Source of the DNA: Candidatus Fervidifonticultor sextus | Lineage (GTDB): Bacteria; Sysuimicrobiota; Sysuimicrobiia; Sysuimicrobiales; Humicultoraceae | Direction: 5' to 3' | Length of the DNA: 33,856 nt | NCBI GenBank assembly: GCA_031459875.1 | Contig: JAVKHQ010000028.1 | Span: forward strand, 1 to 33,856 | Shown: positions 7,743 through 16,519 of the stretch, one piece after another | Position numbering within the stretch: the first letter of the stretch is position 1 | How the letters are laid out: each line of letters starts with the position of its first letter | Notes under the pieces: generated by a model | What the model was told of the DNA's origin: nothing | The model's database searches: none | Seen by the model: the letters and a program-made list of their open reading frames with translations, nothing else | Position numbers and translations under genes: made by a program

Positions 7743-10481
7743 CTACCCCCGGGGGCGGTCGGCGGGCGGCGCCTCGCCACTCTGCTGTCGCCTCAGCCGG
7801 GCGATGTAGAGCCGGGCGGCTGCCTCCATGGACGCCGTGCGCGCCGCAGCGTCGGCTGGCTCCTCGATCCGCCAGCGATCCGCGGCCGCGTACTCAGCGT
7901 CGCCTGCGGCCTCCTGAGGCGACGGCGCCCGCCGGATCCAGGCCGCCGCCGTACCTGCCAGGCGGCTCAGGTGGTCCTCGATCGTCGGGATACGGCGCAG
8001 GACGACCTCTGCGACAAATCCCGCCAGGGCAAGACTGCTGAAGACCGGCCAGACCGGCACCGACCGACGCGCCGGATTCTGGGGTGCCGCCATCGCGTCC
8101 CCGGGAGTGGTGATGACGCGCGCACCGGCTGCCTCGACCAGGTGCGAGATCAACGGCCGGTTGAGACCCACCTGCCGCAGTTCGGGCGAGTAGGGCACGG
8201 CCACCGGCAGCGCCATCTGCCCGGCGGGGCGTCCCTGCTGCGAGGCCATCACCCGGACCAGGTACGTGCCCGGCGGCGGAGCCGGCACCGTGACCTCGTA
8301 CCACCCGGCCTGGGTCTGAGAGAGCCGCGCCCTGGCCACTTCGCCGGCATCCCCGACTACCACCGCCTCCGCCTCCCAGGTCAGCACCGGCTCCCCGTCG
8401 GCGGCGCGGGCATCGAGCACGATCCGCAGCCCCTCAGGCGTCACCTCCGCGTGGGCGTCCAGGGGGCCGGTCTCGCGGCTGGCGGCCCAGCGCACGACCT
8501 GAGACCAGAACCGGGCCTCGCGCGACCAGCCCACCCATTCGGCCGTCCACCGGCGACGCGCATCGGTGGTAATGGCGGCGGCCCGGCCCAGCCCGTAGGT
8601 CCACGTGGCGACGATGGGGTCATCCTGGGGCGACGCCAGCGCGATCTGGGCCGCGGGCTTGGGGGCCGTGGCCAGGTAGCCCAATAGCGGCGGAATCGCG
8701 CCCAGATCGTCCAGGAGGTCGGCAGAGCCTACCCGGCGGGGCGTGAATCGCTCCTCGATGACATAGGCGCGCGCCGCCAGCATTGCCTCGGCGGTCAGGA
8801 TCTGGGGGATGGTGTAGACATCGCGGGCCACGTAGAAGCGACCGCGGCCCCACCCGGCCAGGTGGCGCATGATCTCCAGGTCGGCGTCGCGGCCGATCGC
8901 CACCGTGCTGGTGGTGATGCGCTCTCCGGCCATGCCGACGACCAGGCTCTGGAAGGCGCCGGGGTCAGTCTGCCCGTCCGACAGCACGATGACGTGCTTG
9001 ATCTTGGCCTCGATCCGGCGCAGCGCATCCCGCGCGGCCTCCAGGGCGGGGTACAGGTTCGTCCCGCCGCCGGCCTTGATGCGGCTCACCGCCTCCAGGA
9101 TACGGCCGCGCAGTGCGGCCGGGGACGGCTGCACCAGCCAGCGCGGCACCTGATCGAAGGCCAGCACGCCGATCAGGTCGCGCTCGCCGAGTAGGTCCAC
9201 GACGGACTGGGCGACCTCCTTGGCGACCTCCACCTTGGCCAGTTCGCTCCCGAAGCTGCCCATGCTGCCCGAGGCGTCCAGCACCAGCACCATGGCCATC
9301 GAGGGCACGGCCAGCCGGTGGCGCACATCCATGCTGACCGGCAGCGCCTCTTCCAGCGGGGTCCCCGCATACCCGCCGATCCCGAAGCTCTGGGTGCCGC
9401 CGACGGCAAGGAGGCCGCCGCCGCCGCGCACGTATTCGCGAATCGCGGTCATCTGCGCTGGCGTCAGCAGATATGCCGGTAGATCATCCAGCACGACTGC
9501 GGCGGCGCCCTGGTACCCTGCGGCCGTGACGGGCAGGGACGCCGGCGCGGCGCGCCGCACCGCGAACCCCTGCGCTTCCAGCGCCGAGGCCAGCGGCCCG
9601 GGCGCCACGGCGGCGTAGAGCACGAACGGCGGCCCGGTGATGACGCCGAGTGCGAACGCCCGGTTATTCCCGGGCTCGCCGTCGGGGGCGGCCTCGATCT
9701 GGGCATCGATGCGAAGCAGGCCGGGCTGTGTGGCGATCGGTTCCACGTCCACGAACGTGCGGCCTGGACGCATCTCGACCTCGCGCGCCATCAGCAAGGC
9801 GCCGTTGGCCCGGACACGGAGTTCCGCCTGGCTGGCCTGCGTCGCGCGCAGGATCACGCGCACCGGCAGCCGCTCGCCGACCGCCGCCGTCTGCGGCATC
9901 ACCACGTCTTCGACCATCACGTCAGGCGGGGGCTCGGACGCGATGGGCACCACGGCGAGCTCGATGCTGCGGGCCCGCAGCGCCGCCAGGGCCGGGGCCA
10001 GATCCCCGGCGGTGGCCTGCCCGTCGGTCAGCAGGACGATCCGCCGACCCGTGCCGTCGGGCAGCACCGAGGCCGCCCGGGCCAGGGCCTCGGCGATGTT
10101 CGTCCCGTCGGTGCGGACCCGTGCGGCGGCGGCCAGCCTAGGGCGGTCGGAGGGCATCTCCTCCACCACGGCGTCCGCCCCAAACGTCACCAGCCCGACG
10201 CGGCGGCCGGCATGGGCGCGGGTGCGCACGCCGTCGAGGAAGGCGCGCACGGTCCGCGCGCCGTCCGGCCCGATGCTGTCGGACCGGTCGACGACCAGCA
10301 CCACGGTCAGATCCGGCACGGGGCGGACGATCTCCATGCCCGCGGCGCCCGTCACCAGCAGGGTCAGCACCGCCAGCCGCAGGACGACCAGGGAGCGCCG
10401 CCCCCTCCCCCGCACCGCCAGCGCCACCAGCGGGAGGACCAGCAGGCCCAGGAGGACCTCGGGCGCGGTGAACCGGATCAT
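7743..10481 (-). CDS. Membrane-anchored double-VWA protein with GATase-like middle domain
   Basis: N-terminal TM pair, MIDAS motifs DRSDS...TDG and DASGS...SDG, GGGLLAVGG-x3-FG-x-GGY segment, C-terminal TM; ATG 10481 overlaps the upstream stop. Confidence 0.85.
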   Translation of the reverse strand: MIRFTAPEVLLGLLVLPLVALAVRGRGRRSLVVLRLAVLTLLVTGAAGMEIVRPVPDLTVVLVVDRSDSIGPDGARTVRAFLDGVRTRAHAGRRVGLVTFGADAVVEEMPSDRPRLAAAARVRTDGTNIAEALARAASVLPDGTGRRIVLLTDGQATAGDLAPALAALRARSIELAVVPIASEPPPDVMVEDVVMPQTAAVGERLPVRVILRATQASQAELRVRANGALLMAREVEMRPGRTFVDVEPIATQPGLLRIDAQIEAAPDGEPGNNRAFALGVITGPPFVLYAAVAPGPLASALEAQGFAVRRAAPASLPVTAAGYQGAAAVVLDDLPAYLLTPAQMTAIREYVRGGGGLLAVGGTQSFGIGGYAGTPLEEALPVSMDVRHRLAVPSMAMVLVLDASGSMGSFGSELAKVEVAKEVAQSVVDLLGERDLIGVLAFDQVPRWLVQPSPAALRGRILEAVSRIKAGGGTNLYPALEAARDALRRIEAKIKHVIVLSDGQTDPGAFQSLVVGMAGERITTSTVAIGRDADLEIMRHLAGWGRGRFYVARDVYTIPQILTAEAMLAARAYVIEERFTPRRVGSADLLDDLGAIPPLLGYLATAPKPAAQIALASPQDDPIVATWTYGLGRAAAITTDARRRWTAEWVGWSREARFWSQVVRWAASRETGPLDAHAEVTPEGLRIVLDARAADGEPVLTWEAEAVVVGDAGEVARARLSQTQAGWYEVTVPAPPPGTYLVRVMASQQGRPAGQMALPVAVPYSPELRQVGLNRPLISHLVEAAGARVITTPGDAMAAPQNPARRSVPVWPVFSSLALAGFVAEVVLRRIPTIEDHLSRLAGTAAAWIRRAPSPQEAAGDAEYAAADRWRIEEPADAAARTASMEAAARLYIARLRRQQSGEAPPADRPRG

Positions 10482-12271
10482 GAGGGCGGTCTTCGCACCG
10501 GGCCCCGCGGGACCGTTCGGGCCCACAGCAGCCACTCCCCGAACAGCACCACACTGGCCAGCCCCAGCAACCACGGCGCGAGGGAGAGTGCCGCAGGCTG
10601 CGGGAGCCCTCCGGCAGTCTGCGGCCGCTGAGGGCCGTCCACCTGCAGGTCGGACTCGCGCGGGTCGGCGGTGGAGACGATCCAGCGCCGTTCCCACGTC
10701 TCGGTCCGCAACCGCCAGACCCCGACCCGCTCCAGGGGCGGGAGCGCGAACAGGCCGCCGTTGGCCTCCACGGGCCGGGTGCCGCCAACGGGATCGACGA
10801 GCGTCCCGCGAGCCATCCTCCCGGCCGGGACGAGCGGGGCGTCGCCCGGCGCGACCTGCGGCGACTCCACCAGCCACGCGATCGCATTGGCGATCAAGAC
10901 GGGGAATCCGGGGTGCAGCGGGAGGTCGGTCTGGTTCAAGACGAAGGGGAGGAGGACGATGCGGACTCCGCGGCCGTCATAGGCCCAGACCAGGGGCACA
11001 TCGCCCTCGGCGATCACGCTGCCGGCCTGCGGACGCAGGGCCAGGGCGGAGGCCACCCTCACCCCCCGTAGATCGGCCAGGCGCGCCACCGGGTGCGTGG
11101 CCGTCACAGCCCGCACAGTCTGGTGGCGGGCGGTGCCCTCGATCTGCAACGGCAGGTTGGTGCCTATCGTGCCGATGGCGAGGTAGGCGCCGGGCGGCAG
11201 GGGGATCGGGTCGATGCCGTCGAGCACCACCAGGTCGGCCCGGCCCCACTCCTCGGGGGCCACCCGCTCCGCGCGCGCGACGCCGGCCGTGGGGACGGCA
11301 GCCAGGACCGCGTCCAGTACGGGGTTGGGCCCGCCCACCACGAGCAGGCGGGGCAGCGCTGCGGCCCCGACCGCCACCACCGCGCGGTCGTCGGCCGCCA
11401 GCGCGTCGCCGCCCTGCAGCCGGACCGTGGCCGCGCCGCTGGCCGCGCCGAGGTCGACGATGATGGTCTGGGGTGCCTGGGGCGTCAGGGACACCGGCCG
11501 CTGCACCATCGGTCGGCCGTCCAGGCTCACGGTCAGCACCCGTGGAGGGAGCGACCCGCCGAAGACCTCGAGCCGCACCAGCAGCCGGGCACGGCCTCCG
11601 GCGTCCTGCCGGACCGCGGCGGCGGTGATCGCCGCGTTGGCGGCACCCCGGCCCACACGGTGCCAGCGGGCGCGTGCGTCACTGGGAGGACGGTCGCTGA
11701 AGACATGGACCTGCGCCGGCCGGCCGCCGGCGCGCAGGCTGGCTGCCAGCGCGACAGCTTCATCGATCGGCGCGTGGGCATCGGAAGCCCGAAGCCCCCC
11801 AATGGCGGCGGCAAGCGCCGCGCGGTCGCCCGTGAAGTCGACGGCGAGCTGCGGCCCCCGTCCGGCGGCCACCAGGGCCACCACCTGCTGCGGACCGAGT
11901 CGCTCCACCAGCGCCAGTGCGTCCCGCTGCGCCACAGCCAGCCGTGACGGCGCCTCGTCGGTCGCCTGCATGCTGGCGCCCGTCCGGATCACGAGCACGA
12001 CGGCATCGCCGGCCAGACCCGGCAGCGTCACCGAGGGCCTGGAGAGCGCAAGCACTACCGCGGCAATCGTCAGGACCTGCAGCAGCAGCAGCACGCTGCG
12101 CTCCAGCTTCCGCACCGGCATCCGCGCCACGAGGTCGCGTGCCGCCCGCTCCCACAGCAGGGTGCTGGGCACCACCAGCACCTGGCGGCGTGCGCGCAGC
12201 ATGTACAGGAGGATGACCAGCGGGACCAGCAGGAGCGCCCACAGCGCGGCCGGGGACCCCAGGACCATCAC
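10478..12271 (-). CDS. BatA-domain/VWA-like membrane protein
   Basis: BatA-type N-terminus (PLVILLYML...VPSTLLW...LLLLQ...ALSRP), degenerate MIDAS RTGAS, C-terminal ESDL...EW TM anchor. Confidence 0.85.
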   Translation of the reverse strand: MMVLGSPAALWALLLVPLVILLYMLRARRQVLVVPSTLLWERAARDLVARMPVRKLERSVLLLLQVLTIAAVVLALSRPSVTLPGLAGDAVVLVIRTGASMQATDEAPSRLAVAQRDALALVERLGPQQVVALVAAGRGPQLAVDFTGDRAALAAAIGGLRASDAHAPIDEAVALAASLRAGGRPAQVHVFSDRPPSDARARWHRVGRGAANAAITAAAVRQDAGGRARLLVRLEVFGGSLPPRVLTVSLDGRPMVQRPVSLTPQAPQTIIVDLGAASGAATVRLQGGDALAADDRAVVAVGAAALPRLLVVGGPNPVLDAVLAAVPTAGVARAERVAPEEWGRADLVVLDGIDPIPLPPGAYLAIGTIGTNLPLQIEGTARHQTVRAVTATHPVARLADLRGVRVASALALRPQAGSVIAEGDVPLVWAYDGRGVRIVLLPFVLNQTDLPLHPGFPVLIANAIAWLVESPQVAPGDAPLVPAGRMARGTLVDPVGGTRPVEANGGLFALPPLERVGVWRLRTETWERRWIVSTADPRESDLQVDGPQRPQTAGGLPQPAALSLAPWLLGLASVVLFGEWLLWARTVPRGPVRRPPS

Positions 12272-13155
12272 GCCACCAGCCCTCCGGCGCGCAGGTAGCG
12301 CAGGATCAGGTCGTCAAAGGGAATCGAGGTGGCCGCGCGCAGGTACTCCACCTGCTCGCGCAGACACGTCTGCTCGACCTCGGCGAAGTACCGGTCGCGC
12401 GCCCGCGCGTACGCGGCCTCGGTGGCGGCATCGGCCGTGACCTCGACCGCAGCCGCGGTCTCGCTGTCCACCAGGCGCAGGTCGCCGGCCATGGCGGGGC
12501 TCAGTTCTCCGTCGGACAGCAGGTGCAGGATGAACGGCTCGAACCGGTGGTAGCGCGCCAGCCGCACCCCAGCCGCCACCCCGTCGGGGAACATCAGGTC
12601 GGAGATCACCACCAGGACGCCCCGCCGCCGCGTGCGGAGGCTGTACTCGCCGAGCGCACCGGCCAGGTGGCTCTTGCCGTCAGCCTGGGCCTGGGCCAGG
12701 AAGTGGAACAGAGTCAAGACCGCGGGCCGGCCGCGCCGGGGGGCCAGGGTCCGCACCGGGCGGTCGGCGAACAGCACGGCGCCGACCCGGTCGAAGTTCG
12801 TCAGCCCGATGTAGCCCAGTGCCGCAGCGGTGCGTACGGCGTAGTCCAGCTTGGACGGCTGGCCCCACCCCATCGAGCGGCTGGTGTCCACGAAGAGGTG
12901 GACGGTGACGTCCTCCTCCTCGCTGAACAGCTTGACGAAGAGGCGGTCGAGCCGGGAGTAGATGTTCCAGTCGATGTACCGGTAGTCGTCGCCGATCTGG
13001 TAAGACCGGTAATCTGCGAACTCCATGCCGCGGCCCAGGGTGCTGCTGCGTCGTTCCCCCCTGGCGCCGCTGCGGTAGAGGCGGCGCGAGAGGAGCGACA
13101 GCCGCTCCAGCTTGGCCAGGAACTCCGGCTCGAGGAGGAGCGGCACTGGGCTCAC
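12268..13155 (-). CDS. DUF58 domain protein (MoxR partner)
   Basis: G-x-G-x-EFADYRSY-x-x-GDDYRYIDWNIYSR, VKLF-x-EE, DTSRSM, VISD. Confidence 0.9.
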   Translation of the reverse strand: MSPVPLLLEPEFLAKLERLSLLSRRLYRSGARGERRSSTLGRGMEFADYRSYQIGDDYRYIDWNIYSRLDRLFVKLFSEEEDVTVHLFVDTSRSMGWGQPSKLDYAVRTAAALGYIGLTNFDRVGAVLFADRPVRTLAPRRGRPAVLTLFHFLAQAQADGKSHLAGALGEYSLRTRRRGVLVVISDLMFPDGVAAGVRLARYHRFEPFILHLLSDGELSPAMAGDLRLVDSETAAAVEVTADAATEAAYARARDRYFAEVEQTCLREQVEYLRAATSIPFDDLILRYLRAGGLVA

Positions 13156-14153
13156 AGGGCGCCCGGGGCCGAGACCGCTGGGGTCGGCGGGACCTCGGCG
13201 ACCACCGACCGGATGACCTCGTCGGGATCGACCCCTTCGGCCTCGCCTTCGAAGTTCAGGATGATCCGGTGCCGCAACGCCGGATGGGCGAGGGCCTGCA
13301 GGTCCTCGGTGCTCACGTTCGCCCGGCCCTCGATCAACGCCCGGACCTTACCGGCCACCAGCAGTGCCTGCGCGCCCCGCGGGCTGCTCCCGTACCGGAC
13401 GTAGCGGCGCGCCATGGAGCCTGCGGCCTCCTCCCGGGGATGGGTGGCGCGGACGAGGCGGGCCGCGTACTGCTTGACGTGCTCGGCCGCGGCCACCTCG
13501 CGCGCGAAGGCCTGCATCGCCCGGATCGTCTCGGCGGTGGCCACGCGCCTGGCGACGGGCTGGCTGGGGCCGGAGGTGCGGTCCATGATCTCGATCAGTT
13601 CGGGCAGCGACGGATAGTCCACCTTGAGTTTGAACATGAAGCGGTCCACCTGGGCCTCGGGCAGCGGGTAGGTCCCTTCCATCTCGATGGGGTTCTGGGT
13701 GGCCAGCACCAGGAACGGCTCTTCCAGCGTGTAGATGCTCCCGGAGACCGACACGGTGCGCTCCTGCATCGCCTCCAGCAACGCCGACTGGGTCTTGGGG
13801 GTGGCCCGGTTGATCTCGTCGGCCAGCACGATCTGCGAGAAGATCGGCCCCCGCTGGAATTCGAAGTAGCGGCGGCCGTCGGCGTCCTGGAGGACGACGT
13901 TGGTCCCGATGATGTCGGCCGGCATCAGGTCGGGGGTGAACTGGATGCGGGCGTACCGGAGATCGAGGCACTGGGCCAGCGTCTTGACCAGCAGGGTCTT
14001 CCCGATGCCGGGGACGCCCTCGAGCAGGACGTGCCCGTTCGCCATCAGCGCGATGAGCACGTGCTCGATCAGGGTCTCGTGGCCGACGATGACACGCCGC
14101 ACCTCCGTGCGGATCGCCGCGAAGGTCTCGCGAAACGTCTGCACATCCATCAT
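13152..14153 (-). CDS. moxR: MoxR-family AAA+ ATPase
   Basis: HVLLEGVPGIGKT, RIQFTPDLMPADI, LADEINRATPKTQSALLEAMQE, ATQNPIEMEGTYPLPEAQ-x-DRF, SPRG. Confidence 0.95.
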   Translation of the reverse strand: MMDVQTFRETFAAIRTEVRRVIVGHETLIEHVLIALMANGHVLLEGVPGIGKTLLVKTLAQCLDLRYARIQFTPDLMPADIIGTNVVLQDADGRRYFEFQRGPIFSQIVLADEINRATPKTQSALLEAMQERTVSVSGSIYTLEEPFLVLATQNPIEMEGTYPLPEAQVDRFMFKLKVDYPSLPELIEIMDRTSGPSQPVARRVATAETIRAMQAFAREVAAAEHVKQYAARLVRATHPREEAAGSMARRYVRYGSSPRGAQALLVAGKVRALIEGRANVSTEDLQALAHPALRHRIILNFEGEAEGVDPDEVIRSVVAEVPPTPAVSAPGAL

Positions 14154-14175
14154 CGGGCCTCCTCGCCCGGCGGAT

Positions 14176-15732
14176 CTACCTGGTGGCCGCCAGCGCCTCG
14201 AAGTACCGCCGCACGATCTCCCGATACTGGGGAGGAATCCGCCTCCGCGAGAGGTAGCGGTCGGCCTCAGACCGTGCGGCCGCCACCGACGGCCCGGCGG
14301 GGACGCGGACCTGTCCCGGCCGGCCCGGACCCAGCAGGTCGGTGATCGTCACCCGGCCTTCTCCCTGTAGGCCCTGGAGGCGGCTCTGCTGCCGGGTGAC
14401 CTCCAGCCGGGGCGTGCGCTCCCCGAGTTTCTCGGCGATCGTGCCCTGGCCCGGCGTGGTCCCCTGGTGGGGACCGGGCGGTGGCTCGGCGCCCTCCGGG
14501 CCGCCCTGCGGCACGGGCCGGCTGCCGGGCGCCGGCGCCCCGGGTTGCGCCTCGGCGCGCGGCGCCTGCGCGTCCTCGGGCGCCGTGGGCGCGCGGGCCC
14601 CGGCGATGTGGTCGGCTGACCGCCGCAGTTCCCGCTGGGCCTGGGTCAATCCCTCTTCGTCCGCCAGCATCGCGCGCAGTTCCTCCAGGTCGGTGGCGGT
14701 CTGGTGCAGCGTGCGGCGCGCGCCGGCCACGTCGCCGGCCGCCAGCTGCTGCCGCGCGGCGTCCGCCTGCTGCCTGGCGCGTGCGGGGACGTCGCCGTCC
14801 TCGCCGCCTCCGGCCAGGGCCGCGAGTTGCCGCATCAACGCCTCACGCTCGTCCGGCGAGCGACTCTGCGCCAGGCGCTCGGCGATCTCGCGGATCTGCC
14901 GGATCGCGTGCTCGACCCCGGTCCGCTGGCGGAACAGGTCGGGCGGAAGGCCGGGGGTGGCCTGCACGGAGCGCCCACCCGCACTCTGCTGGCGACGGTC
15001 CTCGACCCTGCGCCGCTCGTCTTCGATCTTCCGCGCCAGGGACTCGATGCGGGCCAGGGCTCCGCTGCGGCCCAGGCGCTCGCGCTGGAAGGCCTCGCCC
15101 AGCGCTCGCAACTCGGGGACCACACGCCGGGTGATCCTGGCGCGCTCGGTCCGGGCGCGTTCTTCCATGGTCTCGCCGACCCGTTCCAGCCGCTTGCCTT
15201 CCTGCTGAATGGCGCGGGCCACCTCGCGCGCCGGCGTACCCGGCAGGGACAGACCGCCGAGGCCTTCCGCCGCCAGCACCGCCGCCAGGGCCAGCCCCAG
15301 GGCGGCGGCCATGCTGCGATCCGGACCGGAGCGCACCGTGCGTCGAAGGTCGAGGACGGCGGCGTGGGCGGCTGCATCGGCCACCGCGGCGTCGGTGAGC
15401 GCGGTGGGCAGATGGCGGCCACTGACCACCTCCACCGCGGTGGCCAGCCGGTCCGCGAGCCCGCACCGATAGTCGAGCACCTGGGCGGCCCACAGCGGGG
15501 ACGGCCGCACCAGGACACCGGCAGCGAGGGCCACCACAATCCCGGCGGCCACGCCGGCGGCGGCCAGGGCCGCGGCGGGCAGGTCCAGCGGCACGACGGT
15601 CTGCGCCAGGGCCGCCACGAGCGCGGCCGCTGCGCCGATCAGGCCTGTGCGCCCGCCCCACCGCCACGCGCGGCGGGAGGCCAGGCGCCGGCGCGCCTGC
15701 TCGATGAGTTCGAGCAACATCTCTCGCTCCAC
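14176..15732 (-). CDS. Membrane-anchored coiled-coil protein (MoxR-cluster associated)
   Basis: Three N-terminal hydrophobic segments, DRLATA motif, long E/R/Q/A helical region, G/P-rich linker, C-terminal IPPQYREIVRRYF motif; GAGG before the GTG. Confidence 0.78.
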   Translation of the reverse strand: MEREMLLELIEQARRRLASRRAWRWGGRTGLIGAAAALVAALAQTVVPLDLPAAALAAAGVAAGIVVALAAGVLVRPSPLWAAQVLDYRCGLADRLATAVEVVSGRHLPTALTDAAVADAAAHAAVLDLRRTVRSGPDRSMAAALGLALAAVLAAEGLGGLSLPGTPAREVARAIQQEGKRLERVGETMEERARTERARITRRVVPELRALGEAFQRERLGRSGALARIESLARKIEDERRRVEDRRQQSAGGRSVQATPGLPPDLFRQRTGVEHAIRQIREIAERLAQSRSPDEREALMRQLAALAGGGEDGDVPARARQQADAARQQLAAGDVAGARRTLHQTATDLEELRAMLADEEGLTQAQRELRRSADHIAGARAPTAPEDAQAPRAEAQPGAPAPGSRPVPQGGPEGAEPPPGPHQGTTPGQGTIAEKLGERTPRLEVTRQQSRLQGLQGEGRVTITDLLGPGRPGQVRVPAGPSVAAARSEADRYLSRRRIPPQYREIVRRYFEALAATR

Positions 15733-15733
15733 C

Positions 15734-16487
15734 TCAGGAATCGCCCTCCTCGGCGCGCGCCCCCCGGACGTGACGCTCGATCAGCCAGGCCCCAACGGCC
15801 CCCACCACCAAGTATCCCACAGCGGAGACGGCCGCGGAGGGGGTCCACCCGGACCGCACGACGCCGTCCAGTACCCTGAGCGGGCTGACCGCCTCCCAGC
15901 GCGGCCCCAGCAACGCCGTGCCGCCCAGCAGCGCGGCCAGCAGGACCCAGTGGACGAAACTGCGGGTGAAGTCCGAAGCGAAGCGGCCGGCCAGCCACGC
16001 GCCCCAGGTGCCGGCGGCTGTTCCCACCGCCGCGATCACGGCCGATGCGCCCAGCACCGTCCCGATCCCGGCGCCGCGGACCGCCGAAGCCAGCGCGACC
16101 AGCGGCAGCGCCATGGCGACAAGCCAGGCCGCGTAGGCCGCGCTGGAGGTCGCCTTTCCGACCGCGATCGTGCGGTGGGAGAATCCGGAGAGTACGAGGT
16201 CGGGCAGTCCCTTCTCACCTTCGAACAGCACCTCCATCGAGGCGCTCGCAGAACACAGGTAGGTCACCACCACGAGCTGCACCACGAGGAAGATGACCAG
16301 CAGGTTGGCCTGGCGCACCTCCAGGCGGCCGATCTCCGGCGGGAGCGACAGGAGGAGGAACGCCCCGCACATCAGGAGGTAGAGAGTATGGACCCTGGCG
16401 CCGCGCGCGGAACCCAGCCGGGCGCGCAGGTCGCCCCGAGCGACGGGGTTGAGATAAGGCGTGGCGATCCCCCCGCCGGCGGCCCAT
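15734..16487 (-). CDS. ABC-2-permease-like multi-TM protein; 5' end anomalous (see findings)
   Basis: Frame continues upstream of the track's start as YLNPVARGDLRARLG...TLYLL; the EGEKGLPDLVLS...IAVGK segment resembles the permease E-x-E-x-GT..L..S...GK motif; about six TMs. Confidence 0.65.
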
Positions 16488-16519
16488 TTAGACCGCCCGT
16501 CCCCCGGTGCACGCGAGCC

